A DNA stretch of 64,000 nt, from contig NC_091469.1 in assembly GCF_036971445.1 (NCBI RefSeq), positions 353,152,001 to 353,216,000 on the forward strand. Direction: 5' to 3'. Both the position numbers and the translations under genes were made by a program. Source of the DNA: Narcine bancroftii. Lineage: Eukaryota. The notes beneath the pieces are model-generated. The model was not told the DNA's origin and made no database searches. It saw only the letters and a list, made by a program, of their open reading frames with translations. Positions within the stretch are counted from its first letter, which is position 1. Each line of letters opens with the position of its first letter. Of the stretch, positions 36,793 through 49,880 are shown in pieces.

Positions 36793-36978
36793 TCCTCACT
36801 GACAAAAGGCAAAGGAGGAAAAACCCAACACCCAACCCCAACCCACCAATTTTCCCCTGCAGCCGCTGCAACCGTGTCTGCCTGTCCCGCATCGGACTCG
36901 TCAGCCACAAACGTGCCTGCAGCTGACGTGGACTTTTACCCCCTCCATAAATCTTCGTCCGCGAAGCCAAGCCAAAGA
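36793..36978 (+). mobile_element. RTE-clade LINE 3' end
   Basis: Closely matches 61048-61230. Confidence 0.88.
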
Positions 36979-39049
36979 CTATTGTGGTGGAATACGGTAT
37001 TGCAGGCATGACCTCACTGGAGTGTGCAGGCTGGCCTGCCTTCTGTCCCTGTAGCTCCTCCCTGTAAGATCCTTAAAAACTGATAGCCCTCGTCCTCCCT
37101 CCATACCTGCCTTGGATGTGAGCCAACAGCATTTTGAGGCATTCTGAGAGCAAAGTTGACCAAAGAACAAAATATTCTTTTGAAATATACTAATCAAGTA
37201 TTATTGCTGTGAATAGTAGTTGTGTATCTGTTGTCTAATTTTATTTTGTAAAGTTTGATGCTTCAGAATTTTTTTTACAGTTGGGAAAAATTCAATGAAT
37301 TGTCTTTAACATTTTACAAGTGTAAAATGTCAAATTAGTAGACCATTTTCTAATGTTAAATTTTTTGGTGTTGACTGTTGCATGGATTCTACTTTTGAGG
37401 GGCTGAAATTCATTCTAGAATCTAAAATCAGAAGCAGAAGTCCAAATAATTTCTAAACAAATAAAGAACAAAAACACAATCAAAGTATTAAGGCAGAGAC
37501 TGTGAATCAAAATGGACATCTGACCACAAGGAGGTTGGGACTGCAATAAGTATCTGCATCATCAGAGGTGTTGGGGGATCCAATTGGTGGGTGGTCGGGG
37601 CCGAGGTGTGAATCTGTATTTGAGACTTTGAAAGTTCCAAAGGGCACTACCTAGATCCTGAAATTTCTTACCCAAAACACTTGCATCAAAAGAATAGCAG
37701 AGCCTTAAAAAGATGGGTTCCATCACCTTCAGGTCTGAAGGGATGGCAAAGTCATAGTAAGGATTTGTTACCAGGATTAGAGGTGGGATCAGAAGACAGT
37801 ATTCCAGGGCCCTTAAAGTGGTGGGGTTTGAGGCAGGAAGGGTGTAGAGGTCAGGTGGGCGGAGGTGCTGCACAGTCTGGAGAGTTGACAGAGGAGGTGC
37901 TGAAGGAACCAGACTTATCTCTTTCTCCCTTCTCTCCTTCCCAGCCCTAACAAAGGATCTTTGACCTAAAACATTCACTTTTTTTTCTTCCCACTGGTGC
38001 AGAGTGACCTGCTGAGTTTTTCCAACATTTGAGTCATAGAGAGATGCAGCTTGGAAACATGCTCTTCACTTCAGAGTCCACGCCGCCCAATTATATGAAT
38101 CTCTTTTATTCTCCCTGCATTGTCATTTTCATTTCTTTCTTCCCCAAGTTCTCCATAAACAATCCAACATTCCTGGACAAAGGTGGCTGAAAATAACTTT
38201 CAGAATATCAACCATTTAGCTTACTTTGAGGGATTACATTTAAATTCTCAAACATGGAATACAATTTTTTTCTATAAATGCTCTAATGGCGATGACAGTT
38301 CAGTTTGTTGAACGTGCATGGAATACATTACCACAGAAGCTTTCTCTGTGCATGTTTATCCAGTAAAGGAGAAATGTACTGATGTAAATGTTTTCAAGGT
38401 TGTTCTGTTGATAAGTAGTGGTTGGAAGTTTGCCTTCTTTCTATCTATCCCATGTTGATTGTGAGGTAGATGAGTAAAGGTGTTGTAATCATTTGTGCAT
38501 ACAACTCAGGGGACAAAGGGAGGGGGAGGAAGGCTTGAGAGGTGTAGAAAGAGGAAACCTCGTAATTGCACCTCTGATGATGTCTGCCCTTGTGAGAAGA
38601 GCAGGAGAGTTTGCACTCTGATATTTCCACACTGGCAGTCTGCAATGTATTGCTGCATTTTCTGCTTACATATCAAAAGGCTCATGAGGAGAAGGAAAAG
38701 TAGAAAAACTATTTATTTTCAGCTTGCCAGAAATAATTAACTGCAGCATTCAAATATAAAGCAGTGAAGTAAACACAATGAAAAACACCTTCCAACTAAT
38801 TGGAGTTGCTTGGTTCTGAACAGGCCAAGTTCCAAGCCACTCACTTGCCAATCTCAATTATTACTTTAAAAGGAACATAATCCAAAATTACAAAAGCACA
38901 ATTATATTAAACTTAGGAATTAATTGCAGTTGGGATATGGATTCCTGTAATTTGATTCCCAGAATGTACAGTATATACTTGTGAAAAAGTTGACCCCTAT
39001 TTTTAGCCAAAGTATCTGGAATTTTCCATAGCTCGTGCAAAAATTGACC

Positions 39050-40930
39050 CTAGTCTCTATTCTTGGCCCCAGCTTCCCACAGGCTGAAGCTCCTGATGCC
39101 TCAGCCCATTGAATTCCGTGCTCAACATGATGCTGAACAATTTAACTACCACTTCCTCCTCCTGCCTATTTCTTTGACGAGGAATCCCAATTCCACAGTA
39201 GTGATCCAACAGTCCTCCCCTCCAGTTTCCTGCTCTTGACCATTTCATCTCCCAATGTGGTAGGAACATTAATTGCCTGAACCTTTTCACTCCCTCTCCC
39301 AAACTACCCTCAGCACCCCCCCCCTCCCTCCACCTGGTGCTTTTCACTCTGCATTAACTCCAACCACTATGAAACCTGTAGACAATGGGGGGGGGGGGGG
39401 GGTGTGGTTGTGGTCTGGCGCACTAACCTCTATTTTTGCTCCTGGAGACTTCGTATTTACTCCTACACTAAGAACATACCAGTTATAATCAGGATATCAG
39501 TTATCAGACCATCATGAACCTCATCGTTTCAGGTGACCACTCCACTACCTCCAACCATTTAGTTCTCCAAACCCAAGCTACCCACTTGTATCTCCTACCC
39601 AAAATTCATCAAGAGAACTGCCCTGAGAGACCCATTGCTTCTGCCTGTTCCTCCACCTCCAAACCTATTGCCTCGTTCCTCCACACTGTCTTGTGCCCCC
39701 TCGTCCAGTCCCTTCTCTTCTACATCCGGGACATCACTTACACTTTGCACTTCTTTGAAGAATTCAAATTCGATGGCCCCCACTGCCTTATCTTCACCAT
39801 GAATGTGCAACCTCTTTACCCATTAATTTCCCACCAGAAGGCTTCTGGTCCCTCTGCTTTTTTTTTTCTTGAATGAGGCTGTTCAGTCCCAATCAACTAA
39901 TGCTCTCCTCTGCTTGGCAGAACTTGTCAGCCTCCTGAACAACATTTCCTTTGAATCCTCCCATATCCAGGATGTAGCCATGGGCACATGAATGGGCCCC
40001 AGTTACGGCTGCTGTTTTTTACATGGATCAATCTTGGGGACCACTCTCCTGCTACATCATTCCTACCTATTGTATCTTAGCAGAACACCATAATTTCATT
40101 AACTTGACTGCCAATTTCCACCCTGGCCTTAACATGATCAGGATTGTTCTTGGCACTCTTCTCCCTTTCTCTGACCCCTCTAAGAGGACAAACTATCCAT
40201 GGACATATGTTACAAACTCACTGGCTCCCACAGCTTCCTGGATTATATTTCTTCTACTTGTGTCACTTGTCTGAATGCCACACTTTCTCCCATTTCCTCT
40301 GCTGCATCTGTTCCCAGGATGAGGGTTTCCACTCCAGGACAACTGGAATGTCCTCTCTTTTAGTAAACATTTATTTCCTCTCTTCCCTCCACTCTCACTG
40401 ATAAACTCTTTACCTGTATCTCCTCCATTTATCATACTTCTGGCCTCACCCTACCTCTCCCTAGGCAGAATAAGTACAGAGTCTTTCTGGTCCTCACTTT
40501 CCACCCCAACCAGCCTCCAACTTCAGTGGAATCCCAACACCAGCCATGTCTTCCCTTCACTATCCCTATTCACTTTTCATAGCAATCAACCTCTCTGAGA
40601 CTCCCTCATCCAGCTCTTTGGCATTTCCTGCTGCAGAAAGATCAACCTTGTCCCCACATCTCCTCCCTCACCTCCATCCATGGCCATAAATAGACCTTCC
40701 AAGTGAGGCAGAGGTTTGCATGCACATTGTTCAAGCTTGTCCACTGCATTCGGTGCATTGTGACCCCTCCTCTACATTGGGTGACTGGTTCACTGGACAC
40801 AGTGGATTGAAGCTTGAGCTTCCTGCAGCCAGCCATTTTCACTCTCCCAACCATTCCTCTGCCTCTTCCATTGTCATGGTGAGGCCAAATATACATTCTT
40901 GACAGCCTTAAACCAAATGGCATAAATATC
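39050..40930 (+). mobile_element. Penelope-like retroelement, degenerate RT plus endonuclease region
   Basis: YLLPKIHQENCPERPIASACS, LIFTMNVQPLYPLISH and a G/DVAMGT.MGPSY-like RT motif at about 39970-40010. Confidence 0.8.
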
Positions 40931-43029
40931 TATTTATAGTATTTCTATTTTTAGCATACCCCCCCAAAAAAAATCTGGTTTCACAGTTTCCATCTTTCAC
41001 TTTTAAACCCCCACCTGTACTTATTTTTTCTCCAATTTGATCTCCACCTTCTCCATCTTCTGTCCAATACTCTTATCTCCTCCGTCCTTTTCACCTTCTT
41101 TCCTCTTTCCTGTACACGTAATATCATCCCTTTTTAAAGTTAGCCTCTACGGAGGGTCCTGTCCTGACACACTGAATTCCTCCAGCAACTTGTTGTTTTT
41201 GCTTTTCTCAGGAAAGACATTCATTAAACTGTCGGGTGAGGGTCTGTGGAGATTTACAGTTAATCGAGTATTTTTGAAGTGTAGCTGCTGTTTTAACAAG
41301 GAGCCAAGAACCTAATCACAGAACATTTTCAAATGATTAACTTTTTACAATTTGTTTAAATTTAAACAATTTTAAATAATGTTTAAGTTGTTGCACCACC
41401 TCTTGTCTAGCTTGTAGTAATTGAAGGACACCAGGACTCCATGCCTAAGATGAGCAAAATGTATGACAAAGAAAATATCCTTTTTTATAAAAAAACTAAG
41501 TAGAAAGTTGCTAAAATTGTGCATTTTTTTAAAATATAAAAGCTTGATGTACTTCCAAGATTTGAACAGATGTAATGAGGAGGAAGTTTCAGATTCCTTG
41601 ATTGTGATGTGTTAATTCCTTTGTCAGTGCTGATGCCATGTGTTTCTCACAAGCATTTGTGATCGAGCTGATCTAACTTTGTTTCAATTAAGTAGGTGAT
41701 ACTTGCTAAATATGATAATGTTTTTGAAGGTAATTTTTGCTTTTCGTCATTGGGCTCTGTACATTGAAGAAGAAGGTGGGAGGAATCAACTATTACAATT
41801 AAATCAGTAGTTGTTGCATCCTCTTTATAATTAAACCTTGGCTTGACATTTATTTCAAAAATCTGATTTTCAGGTACTTGCAGACTGACAGAACAACATT
41901 TTGTTTTAGAATCAGGAGTTGCTATCACGAGAGAACAGAATAGTGTTGACTGGATGGTAAGAGAAGGAATGCGAATTAGATTTTATCTGTGTTGAGAGAC
42001 TTGGTTGTTGGTGGGGATTCAAGGCATTATTGTTTCTTGGAATGTCTCCCAAGGTGGCTGAATTTTTAAAATTTAGGGATACAGCACAATAGCAGGCCAT
42101 TCCAGCCCATGAGACTGCGCCACCCAAATACATTGTGTCCAATCAACCCATTAACCCTGTATGTCTTTGGAACGTAGGATAAAACCAGAGTACCTAGAGG
42201 ACACCTAGGCATCACGGGGAGATGGTACAAGTTCCTTGTAGACAGCGCGGGATTTGAATCTGTGTTAGCATTGCACTAACTGCTATACTAACTATGCCAC
42301 CTTTGTGGCTTTGATGTGAAAAGAACATTTATCTTTTATGACTCTGTCACATTGAACATGTCACAAGGGTAGGTCTTTTCAGACTGAGAAAATATAGTGG
42401 AGTATCCTATGTATCAGTCCTTTGGCCTTCTATAATTTTGTATGATGCATATATAGGTAGCGTGATGAAATTAGGATATATGGATTCTTTAACAGGATTT
42501 TTATAGGTTGAATGCTCTTCAAAAACTTGAAAAACAGACTTGAATGTTGGAAAATTCAAGGCCATGCACTTTGATAGAAGGAATCAACTGGTGAACCATT
42601 AACTAAATTGAGAGAGACTGCAAAGCAGTAGTGTACAAAAGGATTTGGTGATTCTCGAGCATGAAACACAAATCAGCAGGTCAGGTACAGCAAATAATTA
42701 AAGGAGAGTTAAAGATGGGGATCTGCTAATGAGGAAGTCGAGGATCCAGTTACAGAGGATGAACAGTTTCTTTCGTTTGGTCATGAATTTCACTGATATG
42801 ATGATGTTGAACGCCAAGCTGTAGTCAATGAAGAACAACCTGATGGGTGTTCTTATAGTCCATGTGATCTCATACAGAGTGCAGGGCCAGCGGGATAGCA
42901 CCTATTGTGATAATTAAAGTGGGTCAGGTCCCTCCTAGACAGGAGTTGATCCAGTCCATAATAAACCCTTTAAAGCACCTTGCAGTCTGAGTCTCCAGCT
43001 TTGCATTGGCGATAGCTTTCCAGAAGTTA

Positions 43030-44270
43030 TTAAAAACACAAAAGTTCTGGAGGAACTCAGCAGGTCACTCAGTGTCCATAGGAGATAAAGATATATAACC
43101 AAATGTTTCGGGCTTGGGCCCTTCCTCAAGGTACGATCAAAAACCAGGCAGCCACCTGGATAAAAAAGCTGGGGGAGAAGGGAAGAAAGGGAAGGGGAGG
43201 AGCACAAACCAACGGGCAAAAGGCCATATGGTCTCAATGCAGTTAAGATCACAAGACGCAGGAGCAGAAATGGGCTATTCAGCACATCCAAGTTTGTCTT
43301 TACATTTAATCATGACCTGATCTACCTTCCCACGGCCCTGCTGCTTGGCATCTCCCCATAATCTTTGTTGCCCTGGTTAATCAAAAATCTAGCAATCTCT
43401 GCCTTAACTGCACCTAATGACCTGGCCTCCACAGAACCTGTGGCAACAGTTCCACAGATTTACCACTCTCTGGCTAAAGAAATTTCTCTTTATCAATGCC
43501 CTTCAATCCTGAGATTGTGCCCTCTTGTGCAACCTTTCCATATCTACTCTGTACATGGCTTTCAACATTCAAAATATTTCAGTAAGATTCCCCTCATTTT
43601 CCTAAATTCTAAAGCGTACAGGCCAAGAGCGTCAAATGCTCCTCATGTGATAACCCTTTCATTCCTGGACAATAATAGGAGGACAGGAAAGGAAAGAGAT
43701 TTGATCAGGGAGGTGGGCTGTTCTGTGAATATAGAGCTGGAGAAAAAGAGACAAGGACAGGGAAAGAGAGAGACAGAAATGGAGGAAAGGAGATATAGGG
43801 ATAAGGAGAGATTGGTGGGGGGGGGGGTGGAAATTGGGCCTAATGGAAACTGGAGAAGCCAATGTTGATGCCTTCTAGTTGGAGGGCGCCCAAATAGAAT
43901 ATGAGGTATTGTTCCTCCAATTTGTGGGTGGTCTCAGTCTATGGTTGAGACTGTGGACAGACATATTAGCATGGGAATGGGGCAGGGGATTGAAATAGGC
44001 TGCCACTGGGAGATCCATGCTATTCCAGTGGACAGAGTGATTCTCAACGAAGTGATTTCCCAGTCTGCATTCAGTCTCTCCAATATAGATGAAGCCACAA
44101 TGGGAGCACTGGATGCAGTAGATGACCCCTGCAGATTCACAAGTGAAGAGTTGCTTCACTTGGAAGGATAGTTTGGAGTAACAAATGGTGGTGAGGGAGG
44201 AGGAGATGTGGGCATAAGTCGCATTTCTTGTGATCATAAGGGTCGGTACCAAGGGGACGATTGGTGGGAA
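43030..44270 (-). mobile_element. Penelope-like element 3' part (GIY-YIG endonuclease) with an inserted CR1 fragment (about 43245-43670)
   Basis: FQVKQLFTCESAGVIYCIQCSHCGFIYIGETECRLGNHF is a Penelope GIY-YIG signature. Confidence 0.8.
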
Positions 44271-46524
44271 GTTCAGCCCAACCACAAAAGAGCAGGAGAA
44301 CAAGACTAATTAGATAGTTCTTCTAAGAGGCAGTGGAGAACAAGTAGTTTTTGATGTCCTGTGAATGTAAGAAATGTGGCAAATATTTTGTGTACTGCAA
44401 GCTCTCACAAACAGTAAGAATAATTGGATAGCTAGGACACTGAGGATAAACCTTGCTCTGGAAAATAGTGAGGCAGATTAGATGCATTCACCTGAGAGAG
44501 AAGTTGGAACTTTTGATACCTTGTCTCAAATCCAGCACCCTATTGGGTCAGCCAGCCCAGAGAATTGTATTCTGCTCTTTTGAGCCCACACCTTCTGAAT
44601 CTGAAGGATGTTGCAGCCACTGAGACTTTAGCACTCTGTAGTCTCAGAATTGTACAGCACAGAATCTGGCCCTTTGACTCACTACCTTCACACCAGCAAG
44701 TGCTCCTGCCTACGATGATTCCACTTACTCCATTTAGTTCAATTTGTTCTAAGCCTTGGTGTCTGGTAAGACTGAACATTTTAGCTTTGATCAGTTGGGA
44801 TGTTTCAGTACATTTCTCAAGCAGGATATTTCCATCCAGTTTTTAAACTGCTGGGAGAATATAATGTCATCAATTGACTATCAAATACCTCCGCTATGTG
44901 GACTACATTACTCTGAAACAAAATGACTATGAGATATTTAAAATGTTGACACAGATGTGTTGAGGCAGTTCTAGAAATCTTTGGAGGTCGGTCTGAGTTT
45001 GTCACAAATTCTGACAATGGTCCCATCTCCGATCAGAGCTGTAGGTGCTCACTCCTCAAATAATATGAATGAAGAGGTGAAATTAGTCAAAGAATTAATT
45101 TTAAGATTTATGGCATGCAATAGACTAAAGAGGCGTTCATATAATTTCATGAGTATTTTCTCAACTGAATAACAATTCGCTCTCGCTGGAAAGTCAGAAT
45201 ACCTGAATTATTGTGCGTGGTTGCATCACCCCCTCGGAAACTATTGTTTTATCTACTGTGCATCTCTTCAGATTTTTTTTTGTTAATCTAAATGGTTTGT
45301 CACGCTTTACTTTGTTTTCCTCCCTATTTGGGTAAAAGAGTGTCATTTTTCATTTTCCAATTGAATGGAACCTTCCCTGAATCTAGGTACAGGTCCTCTA
45401 ATTGTTAGAAAATCATGACTTATGGTCATCTGGTACCTGTGTTTTGAGGGCTGGTGGGATAGGTGGCGCTGGATTTACTGCAGGCTTGGTGTCATGGTGG
45501 TGGGGGTGGCATTTGAGGGTCATGGCTCCCCAAATGAGTTATGTCCTCCCACCCACCTGCAGCACTAGTGTCACGTGGTTTTGTGTCCACACACTCTGAG
45601 CTTGTGAGTTTCTCTGTTACATTGGAGGGAGGGGGAAGAGTGACACTGGCACACAGAGGTGGTTCATGGTAGGTATGGTATCTACTCTCCTGCTACTGAG
45701 TGAGTCTTTGAATGTCATTTTGTACCCCACAATTAGACTTGTTCTGACCCCAACTCTGATTTGCTGGCTGCTGTGGGGTTGTAGACATCTTCTACTGAAT
45801 GCGAACGGGTTTTTCTTCTCCCCTTGTCCCCTGTTCCTCCTCCCCAGAGTCACAAGAATTGAGGCTGAGTCAAGCCGAGCGGGCTTGCTCACTAACTAAG
45901 TCAGTGAGGTTGGCTGGGGGTCACTTTCCCTATACCTGCTTGCTCTCCATCACCTGTTTCTGTTATCCTCTCCCACTCATGGTCTTTGTTCACTTCTGCT
46001 TTGTGAATGGATTGGGTTCTCAGGAACTGAACTCTGACATAACCTGAACACTGCCTGGAATTTGAGAAAACAACCAAAGCATCAACTAATACACTAGCTC
46101 CACGGTAGCCAACCTTTAAATTTTTAATTAGTTATACAGCATGGTAACAGGCCATTTCAGTCCACAAATCTCCGCTGCCCAATTAACCTACACCCTGGTA
46201 CATACTCGAGGGCTGAAATGGCCTGTTACCGTGTAATATAACTAAATTAAAAAGTTGGCCATTCCTGCACTACCTGTTAATGTTGTGCGATGAAGCCTAT
46301 TGCCACTCAACAATTTATCAGTCTGCGAGTCCAACGATTTGCTCAATACCACTGAATTGGTGATAGTAATTTTTCTTAATTCCTCTCCCCCTTCCAATTA
46401 ATGAAGTGCACCTTTTTCTGGGATGTAATGTTTATCCTCTAGGAGGTGAAGACTGTTGCAAAATATCTGTTTAATTCATCTACCATTTTCTGGTCTTTCC
46501 AGTGAGGTAAATCTAATGTAGTCT

Positions 46525-46753
46525 TGTAGTGCGCGTTGAAAGAACCAAAGACTTGTTGATCCAAACCAAGGCTTTTATTAACTAAAAGACTGGAGCATAT
46601 CACAAGTAGGTCGACCAGTCCAGAATGACCTGGTCTGGCTAGGAGCAATCCTTTCAGACCTGCCAGTAGGTGTGGCTACACTCTCAGCCAATTACAGTCA
46701 TCCTACACTACCATCTGTACATATGTACAAAGGTAATAGAATCTGTACTATCA
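46525..46753 (-). mobile_element. Short solo LTR (same family as 49416-49655)
   Basis: Reverse complement shares AATAAAAGCCTTGGTTTGGATCAACAAGTCTTTGGTTCTTTC...CTACA with the 49416 LTR; flanks AGTCT/TGTCT. Confidence 0.8.
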
Positions 46754-48757
46754 TGTCTTTAATCAGTTCTTAATATTGCAAGGTAGATTAGAGTTAAGTA
46801 TGGTATTTAGTTCTGTGTGTGAGCTATGTGCAACCAAGTAGCCCACTAAGATAAATATGGGGAATCTTGATTTAAGAAAATGTGGCTCCAATATTGGGGG
46901 AGAGATTAGCTTTTGATATCTAGAAAAGAGAGAGAAAATATTTGTGTGTTGGTTGCCACTTACACTCATCTGCCCTCATTTGGTGCTTGGATTTTGTGTT
47001 CACAGAGGTTCACCTCTGCTCCAAATTGCCTCAAGGCAATTTTATCCCAAGAGATTGAGTCATGGATTAAATTAGTTCAGTATTGGTTTTATACTCTATC
47101 TAATTTTTCTGAACTTTGAATATTGTTTTTATTTGTCACTAAGATGTTCCTGAAGTGAACCCTCAATGGTTTTGTTTGAAATGTTCCTGCTGAAATGTTC
47201 TAAGGTGTTTGCAAATCGATCAGAAATTAAAATAAATAAGAACAGATGGTTATTGACTCATCAAACATCCAGCCTGACCCTTACAGTTGCATTTTCTTGT
47301 GCTTCACAATATATTCACTCTTCGTCACTCAAAACCTTGTGGTCACTGGGAAAAGACAAGGAAGTGTATTTAAATACATCAGGCCAAGTTTTGAAGGGGG
47401 AAAAAAATGTCCAGTAAAATTGCTCTCAGTCTGAAATGTAAAGTTCTAACATTTTTAGTCTATCGTGGTAATTTAGTTGCACATTTACAAATAGTTGATC
47501 AGTTCAATGAATCTGGTTGTTGTAACTCTTGATTGATACAGCTTCAGTGGGCATGATTCCCCATCTTAAGTCCAGCTGCTTCAGACTGGAAGAAGACCAG
47601 TTGTAAATGTTGGGAATGTGAAACAAAAAGCAAAAAATTCTGGGAATACTCTAAGACTCTTGGTGTTGACAAGCTAGCCCTGTAGACCTGTTACGGTGCT
47701 GTGAGACTCTGCCACTCTTCTTTGCATATCTGGTGGCATTGGTGGAAGAAGAAGCCATTTTCAATTCCAAAGGGGTGGCAGGGAAGGGGCTGGAGAATCC
47801 TTTTATTAGAAGTCTGAAAAAGAGAAAAATTAGTTTCAATCAGAAATACAGGGGTATGGGGTGCTGCAGAGGGTCCACAGTCTGCCTGGGTCGGTAGCAG
47901 ATCATCGAGCACTGTCATGCTATACACTAGCACACATCAGGACTATGTGCTTAGCTCATTCATGTTCAGGCTGATGACCTACGACTACATCACCAGATCC
48001 AGTTCCAACAGTGCCATCAAGTTTGCAGATGACACAACAGTAGTTGGCCTCATCAGCAACAATGATGAGTTGCACTACAGAGAAGAGGTGGAAAATCTGG
48101 TGATACAGTGCAAAAGTAGCAACCTGAGTCTCAACGGAGATGTTCATGGACTTCAGGAAGGCCAGGATCGCCTACCCTCCACGACACATCAATAACTGTA
48201 GAGTGGAGAGCACCAAGTTCCTTGAAGTTCACTTAATTAGTGACCCATTGTGGACACTCAACATCTCCTCACTTTTCAGGAAAGTGTAACAGTGACTGCA
48301 CTTCCCAAGAAGACTGAAGCAGGCAAGGCTACCAGCCACCATTATGTCTACACAAGCTCTATTGGGAGCATCCTGGCCAGCTGCAGCATAGTGTGGTACA
48401 GTTGCTGTTGAGAAATGGATCTGAGGTCAATTCCCAGGACCATAAGAGTGTCACAGAAGATCACTGGAGTCTCCCTCTCCCCATTGACGTGATCTACTGG
48501 GATTGTTATCTGAAGAGGGCATGCAAAATCATTGAGGACCCATTCCACCCTGCACACCTCATCTTTCAGCTGCTCCTGTCGGGGAAGAGATGCAGGAGTA
48601 TCAGAGCCAACACCAGTAATCTGAGGAACAGCTTCTGCCCGTGGGCAGAGAGAATATTAAATGACCAAAGAAACAAGATCACACTAACTGTGAGACTTTC
48701 ATATTCATGAAACATATTTACTTATTTATTTGTCCTACATATGTATTACTGTCTGTA

Positions 48758-49117
48758 CAGGCTGTTCCCCGGGTTAAAAGCAAATTCTGTTACTTAGGTT
48801 TGTCTAACTCAAATTTTTATTCAAGTCAGAACAAGTACATATAGTCCTTATTGTACATATAGTCAGTTGTCAAATGTTTATCTTAGAATATTCCCTTTCC
48901 ATGCATGTGAAACACTAAAGAAACACTTCCAAATCCACTACAACATCTTAAACAAGTCGGGCACCCAGCAGGAGTGGGGTCATCGGTCTCCCGGCAGGCG
49001 ATGCTGACTCAACCACGCTCGAACCAGAAGTTGATGGCATTCTACTTCCAGCCAGCTGGTTGGTTCATAAGTATGAGTTGTTCATAAAACAGATGTTTTT
49101 AACCTGAGGACTGTCTG
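48758..49117. mobile_element. Tc1/mariner (Tigger-like) MITE
   Basis: Imperfect TIRs CAGGCTGTTCCCCGGGTTAAAA / TTTTAACCTGAGGACTGTCTG, preceded by TA; inserted in a LINE 3' UTR. Confidence 0.6.
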
Positions 49118-49415
49118 TGTGTGTGCTATGTCTGGTGTGTGTCTGCATGTTTTGTACTGAGGACCAGAGAATGCAGTTTCATTGGGTTGTACTTGTGCAA
49201 TGACAATAAACTTAACTTGAATTAAGAGTTTTTAAACAGTGTCCCATGAGATAAATGCAGCAGGCTTGTGCATGCCACTGGACTGCACAAGGATTTCAAT
49301 GTCCAAGCACAGTCAGAAAATTGTCAATGACAAGCAACCAACACAATAACACCATCGACAATTTTGCCAATGATATCATGGGAGTGGGTTGTATAAAGAA
49401 AGGAGATGAGTCAGC

Positions 49416-49655
49416 TGTGATGGTACAGATCTATCACCAATGTACATAGTGTATATAGTTACTGTATCTAGACTGTGCTTACAGCAATTGGCTGAGAGCT
49501 AAGCCATGCCTATTGTCTGGGCCTTAAAGGGTTGTGTCCCTAGCCAGGTCAGATCATTCCGGACTGGTCGGCCACCTGTGAAGAGCTCCTGTCTTTTGCT
49601 AATAAAAGCCTTGGTTTGGATCAACAAGTCTTTGGTTCTTTCGACGGGCTCTACA
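49416..49655 (+). mobile_element. Solo LTR (240 bp) inserted in Rex/Babar RT
   Basis: TGTGATG...CTCTACA; perfect TSD TCAGC (49411-49415, 49656-49660); ATTGG box and AATAAA. Confidence 0.9.
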
Positions 49656-49830
49656 TCAGCATACAGGAGGGAGATTGAAAACTTGGCTGAATGGTGCATC
49701 AAAAACAACCTTGCATTCAATGTCTCCAAATCTAAGGAGCTGATTGTTACCTTCAGGAAAGGAAAGTCACAGGTATACAATCCAGTGATCATTGAGGATC
49801 AGAGGTAGAGAGGGTGAGCAAATTTAAGAT

Positions 49831-49880
49831 CTTGGGAGTCACTATCTTGGGAGTCACTATCTTGGGAGTCACTATCTTGG
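49831..49880. repeat. 15-bp tandem triplication CTTGGGAGTCACTAT
   Basis: Three exact copies plus a partial copy, within LINE sequence. Confidence 0.9.

Noticed and set aside
41647-41928. 93-aa minus-strand ORF with protein-like composition
   Set aside because: Non-ATG start, no recognised homology, no convincing splice pair on that strand.
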